This document shows, piece by piece, positions 16,591-29,706 of a DNA stretch of 64,000 nt. The stretch spans positions 1,612,001 to 1,676,000 of the forward strand of contig OZ024742.1 in assembly GCA_964016885.1 (NCBI GenBank), given 5' to 3'. The notes under the pieces were generated by a model. The model was not told where the DNA came from and did no database searches. It was given only the letters and a program-made list of their open reading frames with translations. Position numbers and translations under genes: made by a program. Source of the DNA: Eledone cirrhosa (taxonomy: Eukaryota). The first letter of the stretch is position 1; each line of letters opens with the position of its first letter.

Positions 16591-17277
16591 AAAGCTATAT
16601 AAGGGAAGCACTAAACTTCATTTTCTTGTTCCAGTATCAATAGGTACCCAGTTTTTATGGTGTTGATATCTGATATGGCAATAAAAACTGTGGCTTGTTA
16701 GTGTTGTTCTTGTCACTGTTGTTGTTTCTTACATCATAAAGGAATGGAACTCTTCTTTATCATTTCCAAACTAAATCTAAATTATTGCTGTATGTTTTAT
16801 TTTTTTTTAAATTTAATTTTTTCTATTCATTCTTACCAGTTTTTTTACACACCTTTCTTCTGACAGGTTTCCAGTAAATAAGGCCTTAAACAACTCCACC
16901 ATAATCTATCTCAGCTGGTTTTGTTCTTACATAAATTGACAATACTTGTCTTACCCTACTCTCTCTCTCTCTCTATATATATATATATGTATATGTATGT
17001 ATATATATATAGATGTATATATAGATATATATATGTATATGTATATATGTATATGTATATATGTATATATATGTATATGTATATAAATATATGTATATAT
17101 ATATATGTATATATATATATGTATATATATATGTATATATATATATATAATGTAGGAGGTGAGTTTTATTGTAGTACAATAAAGCAATGCAGATATCGGA
17201 TAAGTAGCACTCTACAGTTCGTAGGACTGGAGTATAAATAATATATAAGATCAAAAGATGGTTAAAAGAGTTCCATG

Positions 17278-17348
17278 TATTTTATTATGCACATTTCAAA
17301 AACAAATATCATCATGCAATAACATTTGCGTTTTCGTCAGATAAAATA
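17278..17348 (-). ncRNA. type I hammerhead ribozyme with long stem II (PLE2)
   Basis: Minus strand: TATTTTAT-CTGACGA-[AAACGCAAATGTTATT..GATGATATTTGTTTTT]-GAAA-TGTGCA-TA-ATAAAATA. Confidence 0.82.
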
Positions 17349-18331
17349 GGGAGACATGATATGAAGGTTAAAACACACTTGTGAATAGTGCAGTTTTAAA
17401 TCAACATATGAAAAGTAGTTTTAGATTGATGTGTGCTATTGGGAAAAAAAAAATTGAGGGGGGTGGGTGTGTGGAAAGGATGAAAAAGAGGAGGAGATGA
17501 GAGTAAAAAGTGGAGGGGGAGGAGTATAATGAGGAAGGATGAGATAGGAGGAGAGATGGGTGATAGAGAGAGAGAGATAGCTTTTATAACTGAAAAAAAT
17601 ATATTGTTTTACATAGAGAGGTTGAAAAACCGTTGGAAGATAATATATAAATTAAAAGAATTTGAAAATTAACGAAGAGAAAAATTTTAGAATGTTAAAT
17701 TAAGGTTTGTATATTTAAGGGTTTAATAATATGTGCGATGAAAAGAAATTGTTAATATGTATTAAGAATAATATTTAAGGGTTTAATAATATGTGCGATG
17801 GAAAGAAATTGTTGATATGTATTATTAAAAAATATAAAAATATAGCAATAGTAATGTAATTAAGGATATATTGTGAAGTAGAAGAGTGGATGAATAAGTG
17901 TAATATATATAAGTTAGATGGCATGAAAGGGAGAAAAAAATAATGAATTGGGGATGAATAATCTAACGTCAAAAAAATGTTTATGTTTACGAAGGATTTT
18001 TTCAAGGTGATATAAAGTAAGAATATATTGTGCTGAGTAATAATTGTTTCTACGTTAGGCACAATGATAATTGAGAAGTATCTAGGAAGAAAAGGTCCCG
18101 ATTAGGGGTTAGAAATAAAAAGAAAAGAAAAAAAAAAAGGAAAAAAGAAAGAAAGGGAAGTGATAAATAGGAGTGATATAGAATGAGTAACTAGTATTAT
18201 ATAATGTATAATAAATAACATTGAAATAAGGTAGAAAGATGGGTATATTTTTAAAGAAATATATATGTATATATATATATATATATATGTGCCTTTGAGA
18301 AAAGGATTTTAAATTGATAAAGTATTAGATA

Positions 18332-19700
18332 TTAGCTGTATACTTTATGGAATGTTCTGTGGAATTTATGCAAGCAGAGAGAAAACAAGTCAGTGCGTCT
18401 ATTTATTATAGAATCTAAATTAGATATAATGGTAAATTTTTCACATAAACAGAGATTGCATGTCTTGGATAGAGAACTCTTCAAGTATGAAGAAGCAGAA
18501 CAAACCTTCTTCCAAGAGATGTTATAGTTAATATTTTTGTCTTTCAAGGACCATATGAGTTCTGAGAGTGCCGTGTTGGTTCTTTTAAGTTGGTATTTAA
18601 AAGACGAATGCTGATTATAAAGACGAGCTTTAAAGGAGGTGGAAGTGGAGCCAAAATAGGTAAAGGAATTGGTATCAGTTATAACTTTACATTCGTAGAT
18701 TAAGTTTTTTTCAAGACAATGGTTGTTGAGAGGACATTTATTTTTAACAGGGCAATTGCAATTGCGATTAGAGAGATTATTAACGAGTGACCTAGTGTTA
18801 TCTATAGAAGGGATTGGATTGGAGAAGTTATTTACGATAGGAATAATAGTTTCTTGATTTAGAATGGGATTAAAAACATTTAACAAAGTTGCGTTTGACG
18901 TTGTATTTGGGTTTGCAGAAATTAGCCTAGAGTTAACAATGATGTCGGGAGTACTATTATTATTATGATGTCGGGAATACTATTATTATGATATTCAGTG
19001 TTGGAAGGAAGAGATTTAGTATTTTATTGTTGTGTTTAGAGATAATGTTGGAGATGTTGGAGGAGGTCGAATAGGAAAATTTTATAGTGTGTTTGTTAAA
19101 TATTTTACTATAGATATGTGAGGGAGGGAAGCATTTATTTAAGGCACTAAAGAATAATTTAGGAATATTATTATTAATAGAGATGGAGAAAGGAGCATTA
19201 TACCAGATTATGTTTTTGTATCTAGGTCTTTTATTAAAGTTATTGGAATGATCATGATTAATTATTCTACTAAAAGATCTTCTAGAATTTGTTTCTTTAC
19301 AATATTTGATTTTATCAGGATAGCAGACTTTAGAAAGCGCGTTATTATAGTAATTGGCGTTAGCATCAAACATGTTTTTATTAGAACATAGGTTAGATAT
19401 TCTTTTTCCAATATTACTAACTATTGCATTCTTAATATTAGTGGGGTGGTTAGATTTAAAATTAACATAATTTAGGTTCTCATTGTTTTTATGGTAAGGG
19501 TAATATAGGCCAGTGTCAAGATTAAGAGATACATCCAAGAAATTAGCTAGTTTGATGCTGTTATCAAATTCAATTTTTAAGTTATGTTGGTTAAAGAGAT
19601 TACGTATATTGTTCTTAATAATATTAAGGTTAACTATGTTGCAATTTAAGATAGTAAAGAATCCATCGTCACGATAAATTCCACCGCGAAGTTGAGGAAT
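18332..19700 (-). pseudogene. PLE RT (GIYRDDGF) + CxCx5C linker + GIY-YIG, disrupted
   Basis: GGIYRDDGF, NFLDVSLNL, SNHP, NIIWYNAPFS, CNCPVKNKCPL, LIYECKV..YFGSTSTSFKARL; frame broken near a short duplication at ~18940-18990. Confidence 0.9.
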
Positions 19701-20046
19701 TCTTTTCTCTTTGTTAATTTTCAAATTCTTTTAATTTATACATTATCTTCCAACGGTTTTTCAACCTCTCTATGTAAAACAATATATTTTTCTCAGTTAT
19801 AAAAGCTATCTCTCTCTCTCTCTATCACCCATCTCTCCTACTATCCCATCCTTCCTCATTATACTCCTCCCCCTCCACTTTTTACTCTCATCTCCTCCTC
19901 TTTTTCATCCTTTCCACCCCCCACCCCCACTCAATTTTTTTTTTTTTTTTTCCCAATATCACACATCAATCTAAAACTACTTTTCATATGTTGATTTAAA
20001 ACTGCACTATTCACAAGTGTGTTTTAACCTTCATATCATGTCTCCC

Positions 20047-20117
20047 TATTTTATCTGACGGAAATGCAAATGTTATTGCATGATGATATTTGTTTTTGAA
20101 ATGTGCATAATAAAATA
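20047..20117 (+). ncRNA. hammerhead copy in PLE2 inverted arm (A9->G core change)
   Basis: tattttat ctgacgg ... gaaa tgtgca ta ataaaata. Confidence 0.65.
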
Positions 20118-20162
20118 CATGGAACTCTTTTAACCATCTTTTGATCTTATATATTATATATG

Positions 20163-20215
<53 letters not shown>

Positions 20216-20244
20216 GTATATATATATATGTATATATATATATG

Positions 20245-20275
<31 letters not shown>

Positions 20276-20378
20276 GTATATATATATGTATATATATATG
20301 TAAATATATATATATGTAAATATATATATATGTATATATATATATATATGTATATATGTATATATATATATACATATG

Positions 20379-20467
<89 letters not shown>

Positions 20468-20812
20468 GTATATATGTATATATATATGTATATATGTGTA
20501 TATATATATGTATATATGTATATATATATGTATATATATATATGTGTATATATATATATATGTGTATATATATGTGTATATATATATATGTGTATATATA
20601 TATGTGTATATATATATATGTGTATATATATATGTGTGTATATATATATATGTATATATATATGTGTATATATATATATGTGTATATATATATGTGTATA
20701 TATATATGTGTGTATATATATATGTATATATATATATATATGTATGTATATGTGTATATGTATATATGTATATATATATGTATATATATATATATGTATA
20801 TATATATATGTG

Positions 20813-20843
<31 letters not shown>

Positions 20844-20846
20844 GTG

Positions 20847-20893
<47 letters not shown>

Positions 20894-20896
20894 GTG

Positions 20897-20927
<31 letters not shown>

Positions 20928-21472
20928 GTATATGTATATATGTATATATATGTATATATGTATATATATATATATGTATGTATATGTATATATATATATA
21001 TGTATATATATATATGTGTATATATGTATATATATATGTATATGTATATATATATATGTATATGTATATATATGTATATATATATATGTATATATATATA
21101 TGTATATATATATATGTATATATATATATGTGTATATATATATATGTGTATATATATATGTGTATATATGTATATATATATGTATATGTATATATATATA
21201 TGTATATGTATATATATGTATATATATGTATATATATATATATGTATATATATATATGTATATATATGTATATATATATATGTATATATATGTATATATA
21301 TATATGTATATATATGTGTATATATATATGTGTATATATATATGTATATGTATATATATGTATATGTATATATATGTATATGTATATGTATATATATGTA
21401 TGTATATGTATATATATGTATATGCATATATATGTATGTATATGTATATATATGTATATATATGTATATGTG

Positions 21473-21521
<49 letters not shown>

Positions 21522-21554
21522 GTATATATATATATGTATATATATGTATATGTG

Positions 21555-21603
<49 letters not shown>

Positions 21604-21680
21604 GTATATATATATATGTATATATGTATATATATGTATATATATGTATATGTGTATATATGTATATATATGTATATGTG

Positions 21681-21731
<51 letters not shown>

Positions 21732-21771
21732 GTATATATGTATATATATATATGTATATATATATGTATAT

Positions 21772-21886
21772 AAGTTGTAATAAAATGAAAACGAAATTTC
21801 ATTTCTCACTCTTAGTACGGCAATTACTTAAATGTAAGTATGTATGTATACGTACATACATATATGTATACAGACGTACAGTAGCA

Positions 21887-21934
<48 letters not shown>

Positions 21935-22369
21935 TACATACAGGTACACATACATATATGTATGCATCAGTTTAGCGGACGCTTATTATAACGCCCGCTT
22001 TGTTGTTTGTAAACAAACTGAACAGCCTGAATTTATGCCGCACGGTGTTAAGGCAACCACATCACCTTTTTGTTCAATACTGACACAGTAACGATGTACT
22101 AGTTTCAAGCTTGTTAGCTATCATCAGCACCGTATACCCATCTGCCAGATAGTTGAACGTTCGAAAGTATATACTTTCCTTATGAAAATTAACGGCTGAG
22201 CAGCCTAATTTGCATATCGAGTGAGTTAAATCGGTCAGGCGCACCGAAAACGATAAGTTGAAATAAAATGAAAACGAAATCACATTTCTCACTCTTAGTA
22301 CGGCACTTACTTAAATGTAAGTATGTATGTATACGTACATACATATATGTATACAGACGTACAGTAGCA

Positions 22370-22435
<66 letters not shown>

Positions 22436-22525
22436 CATACAAACGAACAAAGCGGGCGCTATAATAAGCGTCCGCTAAACTGATGCGTACATATATGTAT
22501 GTGTACCTGTATGTATATATGTATA
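21772..22525 (-). mobile_element. non-coding HHR-bearing element, subfamily B (partial tandem + inverted segment)
   Basis: 483-bp period (aagttg..aaatgaaaacg at 21772 and 22255); 22436-22525 is an inverted copy of ~21935-22010. Confidence 0.78.
22091..22133 (-). ncRNA. type I hammerhead ribozyme
   Basis: Minus strand: ACGGTG-CTGATGA-TAGCT-AACA-AGCTT-GAAA-CTAG-TA-CATCGT; GUA cleavage triplet. Confidence 0.88.
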
Positions 22526-22530
22526 TATAT

Positions 22531-23410
22531 CATCATCATCATCATCATCGGATTTAGCGTACGTGTTCCACGCTTGCATGGGTTTGGACGGGGGTTTTCC
22601 CACTTGAGGCAAGAGTGGTTGTCTTGCTCGCATAGGACTGTCTGGCGGGTTTTCTACAGCTGGATGCCCTTCCTAACACCAACCGCATTTACAGTGTGGG
22701 GCTGGGAGGTTTTTACCGTGTTGCCTACACGGCACATTACAGTGTGGACTGTCTGGCGGGTTTTCTACAGCTGGATGCCCTTCCTAACACCAACCACATT
22801 TACAGTGTGGGGCTGGGAGGTTTTTACCGTGTTTCCTACACGGCACATTACAGTGTGGACTGTCTGGCGGGTTTTCTACAGCTGGATGCCCTTCCTAACA
22901 CCAACCACATTTACAGTGTGGGGCTGGGAGGTTTTTACCGTGTTGCCTACACGGCCACATTTACAGCGTGGACTGTGTGTTTTTTTGTCGTGACACCTAC
23001 ACGATCTCATTTGTTTCGGCCTGGATGTTGTGGGACCAACATAACTTTACATTGAAAGGGGCGGTGTGGATGGGGTGGAGGTGGTGGGACGGGTGTGTGT
23101 TTTGATAGAGATGCCTACTGACTGTGGTAGGTTTTACTTTGTATTTAGGTAAGGCGGGTCTTCTCTATTACTGAGTACCGCCAAAGGTCTCGGTCCAGTG
23201 ACATTGTCTTGGAGAGGTGTAAGTGTGTGCTGTCGGAGTTTATCAGCTCGTCCCAGGTTTTTCTAGGTCTGCCTATTCCGTGACTACCGTCTATCTTTAT
23301 TGCCCTGCACTTTGTTATACAGCTATCGACTTTCATGCGCATCACGTGTCCATACCAACGTAGCCTTCTCTCGAGTAAACAACATCTGATCCCTCTTATC
23401 TCTAATTTTT
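22531..23410 (-). mobile_element. RTE LINE family 1, 3' end with triplicated ~111-bp 3' UTR unit
   Basis: [29 protein letters not shown]; (CAT)n tail on + strand. Confidence 0.9.
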
Positions 23411-23544
23411 ATGTATATATATGTATATATATATATATGTATATGTATGTATATATATGTATATATATATATATGTATATATATATGTATATATATATAT
23501 GTGTATATATATATATGTGTATATATATATGTGTATATATGTAT

Positions 23545-23576
<32 letters not shown>

Positions 23577-24003
23577 GTATATGTATATATATGTATATAT
23601 ATATATATGTATATATATATATGTATATATATATATGTATATATATATATGTGTATATATATATATGTGTATATATATATGTGTATATATGTATATATAT
23701 ATGTATATGTATATATATATATGTATATGTATATATATGTATATATATGTATATATATATATATGTATATATATATATGTATATATATGTATATATATAT
23801 ATGTATATATATGTATATATATATATGTATATATATGTGTATATATATATGTATATATATATATGTATATGTATATATATGTATATGTATATATATGTAT
23901 ATGTATATATATGTATATGTATATATATGCATGTATATGTATATATATGTATATGCATATATATGTATGTATATGTATATATATGTATATATATGTATAT
24001 GTG

Positions 24004-24052
<49 letters not shown>

Positions 24053-24099
24053 GTATATATATATATGTATATATATATATGTATATATATGTATATGTG

Positions 24100-24148
<49 letters not shown>

Positions 24149-24225
24149 GTATATATATATATGTATATATGTATATATATGTATATATATGTATATGTGT
24201 ATATATGTATATATATGTATATGTG

Positions 24226-24276
<51 letters not shown>

Positions 24277-24316
24277 GTATATATGTATATATATATATGT
24301 ATATATATATGTATAT

Positions 24317-24431
24317 AAGTTGTAATAAAATGAAAACGAAATTTCATTTCTCACTCTTAGTACGGCAATTACTTAAATGTAAGTATGTATGTATACGTAC
24401 ATACATATATGTATACAGACGTACAGTAGCA

Positions 24432-24503
<72 letters not shown>

Positions 24504-24938
24504 TACATACAGGTACACATACATATATGTACGCATCAATTTAGCGGTCGCTTATTATAACGCCCGCTTTGTTGTTTGTAAACAAACTGAACAGCCTGAA
24601 TTTATGCCGCACGGTGTTAAGGCAACCACATCACCTTTTTGTTCAATACTGACACAGTAACGATGTACTAGTTTCAAGCTTGTTAGCTATCATCAGCACC
24701 GTATACCCATCTGCCAGATAGTTGAACGTTCGAAAGTATATACTTTCCTTATGAAAATTAACGGCTGAGCAGCCTAATTTGCATATCGAGTAAGTTAAAT
24801 CGGTCAGGCGCACCGAAAACGATAAGTTGAAATAAAATGAAAACGAAATTTCATTTCTCACTCTTAGTACGGCACTTACTTAAATGTAAGTATGTATGTA
24901 TACGTACATACATATATGTATACAGACGTACAGTAGCA

Positions 24939-25006
<68 letters not shown>

Positions 25007-25095
25007 CATACAAACGAACAAAGCGGGCGCTATAATAAGCGTCCGCTAAACTGATGCGTACATATATGTATGTGTACCTGTATGTATATATGTAT
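24317..25095 (-). mobile_element. non-coding HHR-bearing element, subfamily B (duplicate of 21772-22525)
   Basis: Near-identical to 21772-22525. Confidence 0.78.
24660..24702 (-). ncRNA. type I hammerhead ribozyme
   Basis: Same sequence as 22091-22133. Confidence 0.88.
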
Positions 25096-25100
25096 ATATA

Positions 25101-25982
25101 TCATCATCATCATCATCATCGGATTTAGCGTACGTGTTCCACGCTTGCATGGGTTTGGACGGGGGTTTTCCCACTTGAGGCAAGAGTGGTTGTCTTGCTC
25201 GCATAGGACTGTCTGGCGGGTTTTCTACAGCTGGATGCCCTTCCTAACACCAACCGCATTTACAGTGTGGGGCTGGGAGGTTTTTACCGTGTTGCCTACA
25301 CGGCCACATTACAGCGTGGACTGTCTGGCGGGTTTTCTACAGCTGGATGCCCTTCCTAACACCAACCACATTTACAGTGTGGGGCTGGGAGGTTTTTACC
25401 GTGTTTCCTACACGGCACATTACAGTGTGGACTGTCTGGCGGGTTTTCTACAGCTGGATGCCCTTCCTAACACCAACCACATTTACAGTGTGGGGCTGGG
25501 AGGTTTTTACCGTGTTGCCTACACGGCCACATTTACAGCGTGGACTGTGTGTTTTTTTGTCGTGACACCTACACGATCTCATTTGTTTCGGCCTGGATGT
25601 TGTGGGACCAACATAACTTTACATTGAAAGGGGCGGTGTGGATGGGGTGGAGGTGGTGGGACGGGTGTGTGTTTTGATAGAGATGCCTACTGACTGTGGT
25701 AGGTTTTACTTTGTATTTAGGTAAGGCGGGTCTTCTCTATTACTGAGTACCGCCAAAGGTCTCGGTCCAGTGACATTGTCTTGGAGAGGTGTAAGTGTGT
25801 GATGTCGGAGTTTATCAGCTCGTCCCAGGTTTTTCTAGGTCTGCCTATTCCGTGACTACCGTCTATCTTTATTGCCCTGCACTTTGTTATACAGCTATCG
25901 ACTTTCATGCGCATCACGTGTCCATACCAACGTAGCCTTCTCTCGAGTAAACAACATCTGATCCCTCTTATCTCTAATTTTT
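25101..25982 (-). mobile_element. RTE LINE family 1, 3' end (duplicate of 22531-23410)
   Basis: Same truncation point and UTR triplication. Confidence 0.9.
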
Positions 25983-26349
25983 ATGTATATATATGTATAT
26001 ATATATATATGTATATGTATGTATATGTATGTATATATATGTATATATATATATATGTATATATATATGTATATATATATATGTATATATATGTATGTAT
26101 ATATATGTATATATATGTATATATATATATATATATATATGTGTGTATATATGTATATATATGTATATATGTATATATATGTATATGCATATATATGTAT
26201 ATATATGTATGTATATATATGTATATATATGTATGTATATATATGTATATATGTATATATATTTATATGCATATATATGTATATATATGTATGTATATAT
26301 ATGTATATATATATATGTATATATATGTATGTATATTTAATATATATGT

Positions 26350-27370
26350 ATCATCATCATCATCAACGTTTAACGTCCGTGTTCCATGCTTGCATGGGTT
26401 TGGACGGGGGTAGTCCCACTTGAGGCAAGAGTGATTGTCTTGCTAGCATAGGACTGTCTGGCAGGTTTTCTACAGCTGGATGCCCTTCCTAACACCAACC
26501 ACATTTACAGTGTGGGTCTGGGAGGTTTTTACCGTGTTGCCTACACGGCCACATTACAGCGTGGACTGTGTGTTTTTTTGTCGTGACACCTACACGATCT
26601 CATTTGTTTCGGCCTGGATGGCGCGGCACCAACATAACTTTACATAGAATGGGGTGGTGTGGATGGGGTGGTGGTGGTGGTGGGATGGGGTGGTGGTGGT
26701 GGTGGGATGGGGTGTATTTTGTTAGAGATGCCTACTGGCTGTAGTAGGTTTTACTATGTATTTAGGTAAGGCGGGTCTTCTCTGTTACCGAGTACCGCCA
26801 AATGTCTCGGTCCAGTGACATTGTCTTGGAGAGGTGTAAGTGTGTGAGGTCGGAGTTTATCAGCTCGTCCCAGGTTTTTCTAGGTCTGCCTATTCCGTGG
26901 CTACCGTCTATCTTTATTGCCCTGCACTTTGTTATACAGCTATCGACTTTCATGCGCATCACGTGTCCATACCAACGTAGCCTTCTCTCGAGTAAACAAC
27001 ATCTGATCCCTCTTATTTCTAATTTTTTCCTTAGTTCGTTTATGCTTTGCTGTTCACGTATATTACTGTTACACATCCAGCGGAGCATGCAAGCTTCGTT
27101 CCTCTCTAGTCTGCGTATATCCTCTGCACACAATGCCCAGGTCTCACTGCCATGCAACATTGCTGTTCGTATGCAGGCATCGTACAACCTGCCTTTCATT
27201 TTTAGGGAGAACCCTTTAGCAGCTAATAGTGGTATAAGCTCTCTGAACTTTTTCCAACCAGTTCTGACTCTAGCTATTGTACTTTCAGAGCACTCTCCCC
27301 CACTGCTGATTTTATCGCCCAGGTAACGGAAATGTCCACTATTTCTATAGAACCCTCTGCGCAATTGAAA
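26350..27370 (-). mobile_element. RTE LINE family 1, 3' ~1 kb
   Basis: [43 protein letters not shown]. Confidence 0.92.
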
Positions 27371-27394
27371 TATATATGTATATATATGTATATG

Positions 27395-27477
<83 letters not shown>

Positions 27478-27680
27478 ATATATATATATATGTGTATATA
27501 TGTATATATATGTATATATATATATGTATATATATGTATATATATGTATATGTATATATATGTATATGTATATATGTATATATGTATATATATGTATACA
27601 TATATATATGTATATATATGTATATGTATATATATGTATATGTATATATATGTATATGTATATATATGTATATATGTATA

Positions 27681-29232
27681 TCTCTTGCCAATCTGTGGCG
27701 GAACTCACTGGATGCTGGATATGTGCCAGAAAACCTTCTATCCCAGTCTGTTGTCCCAGTTTTCAAAAAGGGAAACAAATCCCTTGCCGTGAATTACCGT
27801 CCAATCTCACTCACCTCTCATATCATTAAGGTATTTGAGAGAGTGGTGAGATCGCGAATGACCCACTTCCTTGAGAGTAACAATATGCTGAACTCCTACC
27901 AGCATGGATTCCGTAATGGAAGGGATTGCCTGACGCAGCTACTGCATCACTTTCATGACATTTTGAGAGCCTTGGGAGAGGGTTCCAACACTGATGTTAT
28001 CTACCTTGATTTCAGCAAGGCCTTTGACAGGGTTGATCATAACATTCTACTGAGAAAGCTGTCCAATATTTGTGTCACTGGAAAGCTGCTGCAGTGGATC
28101 AAGAGCTTCCTGTCAAACAGAACCCAACATGTTGTAGTTGAGGGAGTCAAATCAAGCCCAGCCAAAGTCAGTAGTGGGGTCCCACAAGGCACTGTGTTGG
28201 GCCCACTTCTCTTCATCATCTATATTAATGACATCACTGACATCATCAAACACAGCAACATTAAAATTTTCGCTGATGATTCCAAGCTCCAAAAGGTCAT
28301 CAATGGCGTGGATGACCGGATAAGCCTTCAGTCAGACCTACTGGCTGTTACCCAATGGGCAGAAAAGAACAACATGTTACTGAACGAAGACAAATTCGAA
28401 CTGATCCACTTTGGAAAAGAGGATGCTCTGAAACTCCCGTACTCCCTTCCCTCCGGGGAAACTCTCGTGGCATCTAACAACATCAGAGACTTGGGAGTAA
28501 CCGTGGACAGCAACATAAGCTGGACCACGCATATAAGCAGCAAAGTTGACATGGCCCACAGAATGTGTTCCTGGATCCTCAGAACCTTCCAGTCGAGAGA
28601 TTCCCGCACCATTATCCTTCTCTTCTCTACTTTTGCCCGACCACACCTTGAATACTGTTGTCCACTGTGGTCTCCCCACACGAAACAAAGTATCATGAAA
28701 CTTGAAGCTCCTCAAAGGGCAATCACGAAAAAGATAGATGGCATGTCAGACCTTGACTACTGGGGTCGATTAGAAAACCTGAAACTTTACTCACTCCAAC
28801 GTCGCTGTGAGCGTTATATTATCTGCATGTTGTGGAAAATGTTCCATCATCACTGCCCAAATGATGTTGGCATCGCCTTCAAGATACACCCAAGGCTTGG
28901 GCCCCGTGCTATCCGTCCCATTCAAAAATCTAAATCGCAACTCATAACAACAATACGGCACAATTATTTCACCTCAATCGGCCCTGCTCTCTTCAACATC
29001 ACACCAGGACACGTCAAAACAGAAACTGACCACACAAAATTCAAGAAGTCTTTGGACAAATTCCTCCAAGTAATCCCGGACAAACCACCCACACCCGGAT
29101 ATGTCTCCGCAAACAGTAATTCTCTTCTCGAATGGGCCATGGTGCCCAAATCCTGAATTGAAAGACTTCGCCAGGTGGTGCTATTAAGTTAGACATGGCC
29201 TGGGCCAATACTGGCCAAAACATTTCAAAGTT
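27681..29232 (+). mobile_element. CR1-group LINE, 5'-truncated, RT frame open to 29156
   Basis: [58 protein letters not shown]; short 3' UTR then (TA)n. Confidence 0.92.
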
Positions 29233-29281
29233 ATATATATGTATATATATGTATATATATGTATATATGTATATATATGTA

Positions 29282-29328
<47 letters not shown>

Positions 29329-29377
29329 GTATATGTATATATATATGTATATGTATATATGTATATATATATATGTG

Positions 29378-29408
<31 letters not shown>

Positions 29409-29411
29409 GTG

Positions 29412-29442
<31 letters not shown>

Positions 29443-29629
29443 GTATATATATGTATATGTATATATATATATGTATATATATGTATATGTATATATATAT
29501 ATATGTGTATATATATATATATATGTATATATATATGTATATGTATATATATATATATGTGTATATATATATATATATGTATATATATATGTATATATAT
29601 ATGTATATATATATGTATATATATATGTG

Positions 29630-29662
<33 letters not shown>

Positions 29663-29706
29663 GTGTATATATATATATTATATATATATATATGTATATA
29701 TATATA

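Larger units (their letters stand above)
17150..20155 (-). mobile_element. Penelope-like element 2 (Hydra-type), 5'-truncated, with inverted terminal repeat
   Basis: ORFs 19724->18963 and 18886->18332; ~17240-17686 inverted vs ~19705-20155; HHR in both arms; (TA)n flanks. Confidence 0.9.

Noticed and set aside
28037-28715. Antisense ORFs overlapping the CR1 and RTE copies
   Set aside because: Shadow frames of the RT coding strand with no recognisable motifs.
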